This document shows, piece after piece, positions 48,857-60,860 of a stretch of 64,000 bases of DNA. The position numbers were made by a program, and so were the translations under genes. The notes under the pieces are model-generated. The model was not told the origin of the DNA and did not search any database. It was given only the letters and a program-made list of their open reading frames with translations. This DNA is from Lama glama (lineage: Eukaryota). The first letter of the stretch is position 1. Each line of letters opens with the position of its first letter. The DNA is taken from the NCBI GenBank assembly GCA_028534125.1, contig CM052816.1, positions 71,116,001 to 71,180,000 of the forward strand. The letters are read 5' to 3'.

Positions 48857-50362
48857 TTTTTTTAAAGTTTTAATTAGATATAATTCACACAATGTAAAAT
48901 TCAACCAATTAAAATGTAGAATCCAATCTTTTTTTAATATATCGCAGAATTAGGCAATCAGGACTACTATCTAATTTTAGAAAATTTTTGTCAACCCCAA
49001 AATAAACTCTATATCCATCAGCAATCACTCCTGTTTAACTGCTAGCCTACTAGCACTAGTTAACCACTAATCTACTTTCTGTCTCTATATATTAGCCATT
49101 TCTGGACATTTTATATAAATTGACCCAAACAATATATGGTCTTTTGTGATATTTAGCTAAAGTTTTAAAAACCCATCCATGTTGCAACATGTATTAGTAC
49201 TTTATTCCTTTTTATGACTGAATAATATTCCATTGCATGGAAAGGCTACTTTTTGTTTATGTACTCATTAGTTGATGGACATATGAGTTGTTTCCACATT
49301 TTGGCTATTATGAATAAGGCTGCTATGAACATTTGTTTACAAGTTTTTTTCAATATGTGTTTTCAATACTCTTAAGTAGGTATCTAGCAATGGAATTGGT
49401 TCTATGGGAACTCTATGTTTAATCTTTTAAGAATATACAAAATTGTTTTACATCATTTTAACATTCCACTAGCAATGTATGAGGTCTTCAGTTTCTCTAC
49501 ATCCTTATCAACACTCATTATTATCTCTCTTTTTTATTTTAGTCACACTAGTGTGTCTTGGTAGCTCATGATTTTAATTTCCCTAGTGATTAAGCAACTT
49601 TTTGAGCAAATTTCATGTCTTTGTTGATATATATATATATATATATATATATATCTTCTATAAAAATATCTTTTCATTTTTATATTTGGTTATTTATGTT
49701 TTTTATTATTGAGTTTTAAATGTTCTTTACATACTGTGGGTACAAGTCCCTTATCACATATAAGATTTTGTAAATATTTTCTCCCATTCTGTGGATTTGT
49801 CCTCACTTTCTTCATGGTTCTATTTGCAGTACAAATGGTTTTAATTCTAAGGAAATTTAATTTATCTTTTTCTTTTGTGCTTGTATTTTGCTGCTATATC
49901 TAAGAAGCCATATTCTAACCCATAGTCACAAAGATTTAACCTTGTTTTCTCCTGAAAGTTTTACAGTCTTAGCCCTTGCTTTTAGGTCTCTGATTCATGT
50001 TGAGTTAATTTTATATATGGTTTTAGGTAAGAGTACAACTTCATTCTGTGCATGTAGATATCCCAGCACAAACGTTGGAAAGACTATTCTTTCCTCATTA
50101 GATTGTTCTAGAACTCATTTCCAAATCAATTTAACCCTTAAATATAAGAGTTTATTTCTGAGTTTCTTTGAACTTCAAAAAATTCCTTTCAGTGATGTTT
50201 TGTAGTTTTCAGTGCATAATTCTTACACTTTATTTTTAAGAATTTTATTCTATTTAATGATATTGTAAATTGAAGTATTTCTTAGTTTTATTTTCAGAGT
50301 ATTCATTGCTAATGTATGAAAATAAAGTTGGTTGTTTTAAAATGACTCTGTATTCTGAAACC
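48857..50362 (-). mobile_element. L1MB7/8-like 3' portion (3'UTR plus ORF2 C-terminal region, internal deletion near 50170)
   Basis: gatataattcacac...aaccactaatctactttctgtctctat...ttgatggacatatgagttgtttccac...tttaggtctctgattcatgttgagttaatttt. Confidence 0.88.
49627..49654. repeat. (AT)n microsatellite
   Basis: Directly visible. Confidence 0.95.
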
Positions 50363-50399
50363 TAGATATCCTGCCTTGTGGATTTATTGAGCATTAAGA

Positions 50400-52800
50400 A
50401 GTATTCAATAATAACAAATACAAGGTACTTAGGAATAAATATAATCAAAGATACTTAATAAATAATGAGGAAAGTATAAAATGCTATTGAAATACATAGA
50501 TAAGACTGAGATAAATCTCAATGTCTCAGTATGCTATTGTATAATTTACCACAAATCAATTTATAAAGATACTACAAACTTAATTTTTTTAAGGACAAGT
50601 TTGCTATTTTATAAATTGCAAAGAAAATCTTGACATTTGTATAGCAGAACAAAAAGCCAAGAATAGAAATATAATCTTGGGTAAGACAATACTTTAGATC
50701 CTATTGGTATCATATAAAAAATTATAGTTTTAAAATACAAATATTTAAGTTATGTAATACTGGAACATCGAGCTGTGTAAACCAATAGTGATCATTACAA
50801 AATTATTAGTATGAAGTATTTAACAAATAGCACTAGACAAATTGTTTAAATTTGTTTAAATTAAATTAGTTCCTTGTATCCCATCACAAGCAACTATCAA
50901 TTCTATGTGATTTCGGGAACTAACTTTTGCATTACTTTGATGCAATATGTTTTTTGTTTGGTTGTTTCTTATTATGTTAATTCTTGTTCCTACTTTTTAT
51001 GATGTCATTTAGTATAATGACTGACATATTGAAGAAACCCAGTAATTATGTTTTTAGTGAGTATGTGAGGAAGGCAGTCAGTGCCACGCAACCTGGATTT
51101 GATCACAACAATGATAAACTCAGGAATCCATGAAGACTGTAGTCTATTCTGTACCTCTGCAGAGCAATGATATCGGCATTCCCTCAGTTACCATGAAAAT
51201 AGAATCCAAAACAACATTCCAGTGAGAGATTTGACTGAGGCATTGACATGTATTTGTCTTATATTAAATTAAAAAAATCTTATAGATTATTTTAAAAATA
51301 GTGAGAATGACTAGAAGTTTGGTGGAAAAACTGTAAGGCCTTATGCTTTTCTTACCAGCTATTCAATACTATTTGAAAACAACAGTTTTAATACAGTAAA
51401 ATATACATTGGCATTGGCACAGGAATGGACTGTCAGCTCAGTGAAACAAAGATTCATCTAGATGTAGATACAGGTAAATACAGGGATTTAATGTGAGATG
51501 AAATTGACATTGGTAATCAGTGGGATGAATGTATGTTTTAACATTGTTGGAACAACTGATCTTCTATTTAGGAAATAATATATATCTATGATTGAATTTC
51601 TACCTCTCTTAAACTCGAATTAGTAACATTTGAATGGAAAACATAAACATGAAAATAAAATGATAAATGTACCAGACAAAACAAATGCAAATATTTTTAC
51701 ATTTTTTGAAATATGTAATACAATAAGAAACCAGGAAGCAAATTATTAAGACATTTTCAAAATCTACACTTTTAAAAAGCTTGTATAGGAAAGCAATTCA
51801 TGAGCAAATTAAAATATTTAAAAATGGGCCAAAATTGATATGCATGCTAGCAAATGATTAACATTCCTTGAATATTTGCCAACACTTATTCCTCTTCCTC
51901 TTTTATTTCTAATAACACAACTTATTCTTCATAATTGATATATTTATTTTTTATTATTTTCCTTCATTCAATAAAATGTGAGCCATAAGAGGGCAGTTAT
52001 TGTCTGTTTAATTTAATGATGTATTTTCAGTGTCCAGAATATGGGCTGGCCCTCTACAATTTTTAGTAAGTGACATCAGTAAGAAACATTCACCACCATA
52101 ATATGAAAATGTGCACAGCATTAAAAGAGGGAAAAAATGCTTAAAGAAGAAATACTAAGTTATCAGTAGTGATATGAAATTTGCTCAATCTTGACATTTA
52201 CAAGTTAAAGCATTTACTTTTTTATTATGTATTTGTCTGGCAAGCTTCTAATAGTTTATCCATACTCACTGTTTATAAGGATGTAGAGAAATATATAGTA
52301 ACATGAACTGCTGCTGGTAGTATAAATTTGGAGAGTAAAATGGCAAGAAAAAGCATGGGTACATCAGGGTGCAGATATTTGATTTCTGGACATTTACTCT
52401 AAAAATATAATGAGAAAAACTATGCAAAAAAAATCTACAAAGGTGAATGTTCACCCCTGTGTTTATGTGTGTGTGTGTAGAAAGAGATGCATTTTATATA
52501 TATATGGTACTCGGTAGCAAAATACACACAAGTTATACAAATATGCACACATATATGTATGTACGTATATACACTATAAAAATATTCTCCTCTGTAGCGC
52601 TACATACTGTTACATCTCTAAATGTATCTTGATAGTGAAATACATATCTATATCTCGCTATATAAAACTATAGATATAGAAATCTGGTATAATGCATACT
52701 CAAACCCTAACAGTGTTAGGCTTTAGAGCTATTTTCTAATTATTTTCAGCTGTTTTGTTGTAAACATTTACACTGTATAAGTGCCAAAAATTTATATTCT
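50400..52800 (+). mobile_element. Decayed L1ME-type ORF2/3'UTR pieces, interrupted by unrelated sequence (~50930-51270) and L2 (~51880-52060)
   Basis: gtacttaggaataaat; attggcacaggaatggac; ctgctggtagtataaatttgg; gatttctggacatttactct. Confidence 0.6.
51880..52060 (+). mobile_element. L2 3' end nested in L1ME
   Basis: aaaatgtgagccataagagggcag...tgtctgttt...cagtgtccagaatatgggctggc. Confidence 0.65.
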
Positions 52801-52854
52801 AAAAGAGAAAGGAATCAGTGGTATTTTTAAGGGGAACATCAAATTTTTGTGATT

Positions 52855-52976
52855 TTTTTAAGGGTAGTAATTGTCCCTATTTACCATTATATTTCTGTCA
52901 TCAAGTAAAATGATTGGCAACTAGCAGATGGTTAATAATGATGTACTGAATAAATGAATGAATGAATGAATGAATA
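52855..52976 (+). mobile_element. L2 3' terminus with (AATG)n tail
   Basis: attggcaactagcagatggttaataatg...tgaataaatgaatgaatgaatgaatgaat. Confidence 0.65.
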
Positions 52977-55900
52977 GCAAGAGGATGCTTCAGATAAGCA
53001 TGTGTATTTTTCCCACCTTCTCTACTTTCCTATCTTTGAGGAGAATTGCCTAGAGACTCCATCTGTTACCATTGGTAAAATTTAACTTACTTTTATCTAA
53101 CAGATTTCTAATTTTTTTTTCTTTACCGATGAATATAGTCCCTAGATTTTGATTCTTCACACATGGAGTACTTACTGATTAGTCTTGAAATTCCCTGTTG
53201 CTAGTTGAAATATGGAAGAAACTAGGGCCAGCCAACAATCTGGCTAAAAATTAGAGAAAAACCACCCACCTGGGGTCAATAACCCACTCTATTTCATGAA
53301 GCCATTCTTATTTCCACACTGAAGTGCTTTGGATATGTTAAAATGGCAAGGCTGATTGGTTCAGGTAACCAAAGTCACAGAAGGTGTTCACTTTACAATT
53401 AGATCCACTTGGAGAACCCTGTAATACATCCTGCTGAGGAGACTTACGGCTCCATCTTGCTCATGATCCATCTGAGTGAACTGATTGATAATCTATGCTG
53501 TTGCATCCTGCATTCTCGCCTCCAGAAGAGCACAACCTATCAGAATCCACACTTCTCGGATTGTTAAAATAAATAAATAAAGAGCACAAAGTCAAACACA
53601 ATCAGAACCAAATTACACAGTTTTTTTTTAATTAATTTGAAATTCTGGGTAATAAATGAGTCACTTCTAAAAGATAATTGTCTTGAACCCAAAAGAGATA
53701 TACTTTTTCAAAGTGATATACCTTAATATTTGATATACATTGAAAGCCAATTGTGATTAATTTAATTCCTTAATTTTGATTAAAGATTGATGTGAGAAGG
53801 TTTAGTCTATTCTACTGCTAACAGTTCACTCATTTATATGTAGTCAGCGTTGACACTGAACAAAGGGGTCACACACTTTCATGTGCACAGACATCCACGT
53901 GCACACACACCTACAAGAAGTCTGCAGGTATCTAATGGGCAGAAAAGTAACAAAAAGCTTGACAATGTCAACAGACTTATCAGAGTCCAGTGTGATATGA
54001 AAAAGCTGAGCTGAGACAAAAAACAAAACCTTGTCAGTTCATTATCAATTCTGAGAAATGAAACATTTATTTCCTAAACTTGGACATTCTGTTGCATGCT
54101 GTAACAGAATTCACAACCAAGAGTGGAGAGGCTTGGGGAGAAGTCAGAAATCTACTTGAGAAGGAAAGAGGCTGGAAGAGAATCAGCCAAAGAACTAAGT
54201 GTTAAACCATAGAGCAGTTGAGATGGATTTGGATATTTACGTTTCCCTGGCTGGCACATGAAAGCACACTGTCAATAGTGCATGGACTCAACATTTGTGC
54301 TCAGATCCCTTCCCACACATCGCCATCTTGCCTTACAGATTCCCGTCCCCCAGTTTCAGATTGCCCGTCTCCATATTTAGGTACAGCCACCATGCTGTAG
54401 TACACTCCTGCATCATCCCACTGGCTTTTCCTTTGGGCTTCATATATAGCCCTAGACTTTTGGGAGGGGTTTTTTTTGGGTGGGAGTTGAAATATATCCT
54501 GTCTCTTCATTAAAATACATTCATTTTAGTCTTAAAGGCCTCTGTCAGGTAGGGAGGCCCTGGGATAGAGCAAAAGAGATTGGGTTTCAGAAGGTAGGTG
54601 TTTGTACAGAGAGCTCTCCCTGAGAGCCAGGATGCTCTTAAAGACTTCCTGCAGCCTTTGACATTAAGCACAGTTTAGCCAATCATTCTGAAGCATTTTA
54701 TAATGGTGAAATTTCATTCCTTTAAATGATAAAGCACAGTCAGCACAGTTCAAACAGATTGTGAGCTCTTTAAGGTCAGGCACATTGCCTTATCATCTGT
54801 CACAATCCTTAATGCAGTGTAGGAGCTCAGTGAATGCCAAATGAAAGCATCAAAGAAGAAGAAAGGCCAAACAAAGAAATCTTTCTTCTTAAATAAATTC
54901 ATTCTTTCAAACTATTTAGGTAACCTATAGATGCAATTGTTAGCCAATATTAAGCAGCTTTTAAAAATCAACTGTTACCAAAGTCTTTTCATTATTTCCC
55001 TTTAGATTCTTGAAGTAGCACTGAGAAATTGCACATTTAAATTAATTTGAAAATTTAATTCCAAGTTTCCATCATTCCAGGTTTTTCCAGGTCTATTTTA
55101 AAAAATAAAACCTTAGCTTATTTGCATTTTTACAAAGACGTATCAAACCCACATTTTTATCATTGGGTTTATTTTTCTTACTTACAGCTTTTCTTTTAAG
55201 AAATCATAAATGCCAAGCTTTCCAGATCTATTTCAAACCAGTCCTTGATTCCACCATATTACTCCATTTAGTTGACTTTCTCATGTATTGTTTTATAAGG
55301 TTTTTTTTTCTATTTGACATTTCAGCAATAATCTTGAAAAAAAACCCAAAATCCTAAAACCTTTTTCTCTGTTTTTAACATTACAGATGGCTGCTTTTCT
55401 TAATTGTGGCATTTAATTAATTGTGTATCCATTTCCTTAAAATGTTATCTTCTGGTTTGCTTTCTAGTTTGACAGTTGACAGGTAATAAAATGTTTAGAT
55501 CAGCACTTTTCTACAAACTTACAAAAAAAGTCAGAGACTCAGTGTCAAGCTCTCTCAGACTTATTTAATCATGAGTGGAAAGGAAGACATATTTTGATTA
55601 AGACTAGCTAAACCGATCAATAAAGACCTTGAACTTGTATAAGTTACAACTGGCTATTCCTAGTAATGGTGATAGCCTAAAAGTGAACCCTTAAACCATC
55701 AGCACAAAGTGAACAACAGACAACTTGAAAAAGGAATTTTTTTTCCCCTTTAAATATCAATTCAAGTTTGCGTACCTATGTTGGTACTCTAGGGATTCAA
55801 ATTATGCTATTCTTACTGTTGTCCCTGTTGTTTTTTCCCTTTGAAAAATATTTTCTCTAGTTTATCATTCAGATAACCTTATTCCCCAAGCTCTATTAAG

Positions 55901-58900
55901 AGTGCAAATCAGGGAAACCACAGAAGGAATAGCCAGCCAGCTGTATACCTATGTAGCCTACCATTTTTGCGGATCCCAATTTTGACATGGTATTTGAAGT
56001 TCAAAAAGGCAGAGAAGGTCAAGGTGAAGGTGTACTACTTCAAAATACTCAAGATCCATTGGATATAAGACTTAAACAAACAAGACATTACTTTCATTGA
56101 TTAAATGTAGATTGAATTAGGAGGAAAATATGACAGACACTGCTAAGGTTATGTCCCCCACTCATTGTTTAACTCAGCATGACTGATTCAATCTTCTGAG
56201 CCCCAAGGAAGGCCAGAGATGTCACTCCTGGGCTCCACACAATGCAGGAGCCTTAGAAGAGCAAAATCGACAAGTTGCACTTTATCCACTCACAGCCTGG
56301 AGCCACTGTTCTCATTCGGTCTTATGTTAGCAGAACAATGAGCTGCAGCAGGCATTGGGCTGTTCCGCATAATAATTATAGGTATCCCACAGGCAAAGCT
56401 GTTGTTGCTTTTAAGACTTGACAGAATGTGTCTTGTAGGCATGACCCAGCAGATGGGGACTTTTTCCTTTCATCTTTCCCCAAAAGCCACCTAGGTGAAA
56501 TATATAAAGCATCTTGATAAGGGATATATTTTCTCCTATAGGGGTAGTTTGATTACTCTAAGCTGCTCTTCTTGTTCATTCACCTTAGAAATAATTGCCA
56601 CTCCGTCGTAGAAGAAGTCAAGTATAGCCACAGAGGCAGGGATAGACCTTTTGCTCCATCCTGCTAATTTGTGTCACCTACTGCCCTGCCTTATGTATTG
56701 ATGGTAGGGGAGAAAAAATGAAGCAGAAAATTAAGTCTGAAAGGATTTTTTGTCCTGCTGTCACTTTGTACAACATTTAGTTCAGTTGATATGACACTGT
56801 GCCTTTTGTTACATAAAACTGTCACATTGTCCCCTTCTGGTTAGCTGCAGTTGCTGCCCAAATCAATAATAACTGTCAAAACTGTCAAATAATGAAAGGA
56901 TCCTATGATATGTTGGCTGCAGTGAATGGTATTTTTGACTATCCTTTTAAATATTATCAAATTAGTTTCAAACACATATTAAAAGAAAGAAATGAGATAA
57001 GCTTTGTAAATGATATAACAAATTTGAAAATGAGGACATCACTGTGTACATTAGTTACATAGTATTTGATACACTTCTTAGAATTTAAAAAAGTCAATTT
57101 TAGATGGATCATTTTTATATGAGAACTTTAATTCCTGAGCAAAGAGGTAACTCAAAAACCCCAAGCTTCTATCATTTCTCCCTGTATGTATGATAGTATT
57201 TAGTTATCAGAGAGAGAATTTATTCCAGATTTATGTACCTGTGGAAGAGCCCTTAAGGTATGCTTAGACCATAAGAGGGAGTTGTCACTTACTGGTATTG
57301 TTTTCAAACTAGACGACCAGCTATTGCCTTCTCATATTATTTGTAAGCAGGAAACCAAGTCACAGACAGCTATCGCTGGAGCCAATGTCTTAAATACTCC
57401 TGATCAGTCCCTCTAATTGAAAAGTACAGGGGAAAACTCAAGAATGGTTTCTTAGATGCCTTAGGTGAACTAAAGAATTGTATTTTGTATTTTAGTTAAA
57501 CTGATCTCACTACACTTTGTTCTGCTCAGGGATAACATCTCTACATCTTCATGTTTTTAGTCTCTGAACAAGAAAACAGCATATAAACAAATTATGCTAC
57601 TCACAGTTCCCTGAACCACCTGTTCCATGCTTTTGCAAAATTTGTGTTTTAGCACTTGAGTTTAGCCTGCTCTCAGTCACCCTCTCTTCGGACCTTCTAA
57701 CCACATCTCCTTGGTGTTTCAGACTATTAGAAATGTTCAGAATTAACTTCTCCCTTTTACATCTGATGTGACTTAGAGCATTTAGGTTCATGATACTCCC
57801 GCAGGTTTACCTTGAATCCTCAGTTCTACAGCCTGTAGAAATCTAAGGAGCTCTCCGCCTCCACACACAGTGCTGTGAACTCCCACACCTACCAGCATTG
57901 TGTTGGCTCAAACGTAAAGCTGAACACCTCCGAGTTCTCCAACGAATTTATTATGTAGAAATATTAAGTTTCTGGGTAGACTTTATTAGATATATTTTGG
58001 GTTAAAGATGATGAGTTTATGTGTTAAACATTCTCCAACGTCCTTTCACACATATCCTCTCATATTGAATTAGTATCATAGATTCCCACACAAAATGCAT
58101 TCCAGCAAATTATTTTGTCCCACGTATTCCAAAGCTGTGCCATTCTTTAGGATTTTAATTAAAACTATTTAAAAATAAAAACAGATCTGTAAAAAAATCT
58201 GGCAATATCCTTCATATATGAATTTCGTTAATGGGCTTGGATAGAGAGAACATTTACCTCTCTTATTGGTGCACTAAGTCAATACCTGTTCTGTAAAATT
58301 CTGCAAGGCTTCATATAAATTCCTCCAAAAATATGGTCTTGGGTATAAGAACAAATAGTCAAATTTACCGAAAACATTTAAAATAAATTAACCCTTACAA
58401 TACCCATATGCTTTAGAACAGAGTACAGTCACTTACACTGGTAAAAATAAAAATACATAAAAAGTAAAGATTTACTTAATTTATTATAAAATAATATTCT
58501 GACAAAATTACTCCACTTTCTGAATTCATAAAAGTGTCAATACGCTAATCCATCTGAAATTGTTGTTACAGGAATATTTATCAGAAGTCTTAGCTTGAAT
58601 CTAGAATTCAGGCATGTGTAGGTCAGTCTGAAGGATACTGGATTCTGCTGATAATGCTCTATTTTATGATTGATTGGGACATTTCTGAGTAATAATTTAT
58701 CATCAATATAGAGCTAAAATTGAACTTATGGACAATGAATTATTATTGAAACAGTTACATGGTTTAGAGATTAGAACTATATCTCTTGCTGATTTCTCTC
58801 TGGCTCAGTTTTATTGAAGCTGTATCTGAATCTTAGGACCAGGACACTGCAAAAAAGTAGTGAGGGAAAACTTAGAGTTAATTTAATACATAAACAAAGC

Positions 58901-58939
58901 AATGGCAGCTTAGATATCAGCAGCTGCATCAGAGTTTGG

Positions 58940-60262
58940 ACAAAATGATAGTAAAAACAAAATATACCTGATTTTGTTGGAAACACATAAAGCAATGTTT
59001 AGAAAATGATTTACAGTATTTTTTTTTTTTGGAAAAAGGTTAATAGAATTAACAAATCTACAGCTCTATGGATCAAGGAAGAAAACAAATGAGGGATGGC
59101 ACACATTACCAATGTTGGTTAGAGAGGGCACCACTACAGATTCTAAAGAAATTAAGTGAAATTAAGGAAATAATACTATTTACTTGATGTCAGTGCATTC
59201 AACAATTTAGATGAAATGGACAAATTTCTTAAAAATACAAGTTATCAAAACTGACTCAAGAAGAAGTTGAGGATATGAATAGCCCTACATCAGTTAAGTA
59301 CAGTTGACCCTTGAACAGTGATGGGGCTAGGGGCGTCAACACCTGTGCAGTCAAAAACCTGCATGTATATAACTTTGTAGTCTGCTCTCCATATTCGAGG
59401 TTCCACATCCAAGGATTTAACCAAATGCTGATTGTGCAGTACTATAATACGTGTTTAAAAAAAAAAATCTGAGTGTATGTGGACATATGCAGTTGAAACC
59501 CATATTGTTCAAGGGTCAACTGTAAATTAAATTTGCAATTAAACGCTTTCAGAAAAGAAAATTAAAGGCCCCAACAGCTTCACTGGTGAATTCTATCAAA
59601 TATTTAAAACAGAAATAATACCAGTCATGCACAAATGCTTTTTTAAAAAAAGAAATGGGACCATTTCTCAACAAATATAATGAGGAAAGAAATTACAGAC
59701 CAGTATCCTTGCATAGGTGAAAACAATAAGACAATATTGGTAAATAAAAAATATAAGGAAGTTACTAATTCATCACTAAAGGGATGTATCCTAAGAATGT
59801 AAGATTGATTTTTTAAAAATAATCAATGGAATTCAATGCATTAGCAGAATAAAGGGGGAAAGCATGTGGCCATATTTATAGATATCATACCAAAAGCATT
59901 TGAAATGAATCAACATCCATTCATGATAAATCTCTCAAACCACTAGAAAAAAGAAGAGAATTCCCCAAACCTGATGAAGATATCTATGAAAATTACAACA
60001 GCATCATATTTAATGACAATAAGGAATATTTTGCCCCTAATATTGGGAACAAGGCAAAGATTTTTACTCTTCTCATTTCTATTCAACTTTTTATCAAAGG
60101 TCCTAGCCAGTTAAGTAAGGCAAGCAAAGATAATAAAAGGCATATAAATTTGAAAGAAATTCTTAAGATTTACAGATGACATGATTGCATATGTAGAAAA
60201 TCCTAAAGCATCTAATAAAATGATCTACTAGAACTGATAACTGGGTTTAGCAATTTTGACTG
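58940..60262 (+). mobile_element. L1 ORF2 internal fragment (region upstream of and including RT), interrupted by a Tigger2-type MITE
   Basis: aatttagatgaaatggacaaatttct; ttcactggtgaattctatcaaatatttaa; caacatccattcatgataaa; tttacagatgacatgattgcatatgtagaaaatcctaa (F-x-D-D-M RT motif). Confidence 0.9.
59301..59522 (-). mobile_element. Tigger2-family non-autonomous DNA transposon (MITE)
   Basis: Perfect 17-bp TIRs cagttgacccttgaaca (59301-59317) and tgttcaagggtcaactg (59506-59522), flanked by a TA duplication (59299-59300, 59523-59524). Confidence 0.95.
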
Positions 60263-60569
60263 TAAATTGTACCTTCCTATTTTGGAGGAGAAAATAGGTA
60301 TGTTTTTAATTTTTTGTGATACAGTTGGTTTAAGATTTGTGGGAGATCCCTTTTTTGTTTTCTGTTTCTATTTTTTCTTTATATTAAAGAATAGAAAATA
60401 TATTTTATTGATGTTGGCAATAAAGAGATACTTTGGTGGGTACCCATCATTTGTATCTGGCTGGATATTTTGGAACGTTCCTTCAACATTAGAAAAGTAT
60501 CTCTGTATTTAAAATCCCTCATTATTTATATAGAGTAAAAAGAATCACTGTATTTACATACTCCATTAT

Positions 60570-60860
60570 CATTTGATATAGGTTTCACCTGCCAGATGAA
60601 AGTAAGACTTTGATATAAAATACTGAGCAATCAAGTAGAGAATGGGGTATCCATCTTCTTGACACTGGTGACAGCAGATACTGCATATTCTATGGGTGAA
60701 GAAAAGCTGTAGAAGCTTCCAGACACTACTCAAATCAGAATAATTTTGGTGCTGGAGATAGTACCAGATTCCTGGTTCCAACAGATGCTTCATAGTTTTG
60801 TGATTGATGGGAATTTCATCTGAATTAACAGATAAAATCTGAAGTATGATGGAAGTGTGG
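60570..60860 (+). mobile_element. Probable ancient RTE-clade LINE relic (MamRTE/L4-like)
   Basis: Frameshifted fragments aggtttcacctg (RFHL), atactgagc-atcaagtag (ILSIK*) and ctactcaaatca (LLKS) lie in the order of the RTE ORF C-terminal motifs RFH..CLR.IL.IKW...LLK.QLRW. Confidence 0.4.

Noticed and set aside
50362..50450. Possible third L1 inversion (antisense L1MB next to sense L1)
   Set aside because: The sense piece is much more diverged and overlaps the same consensus region, so these are two independent insertions
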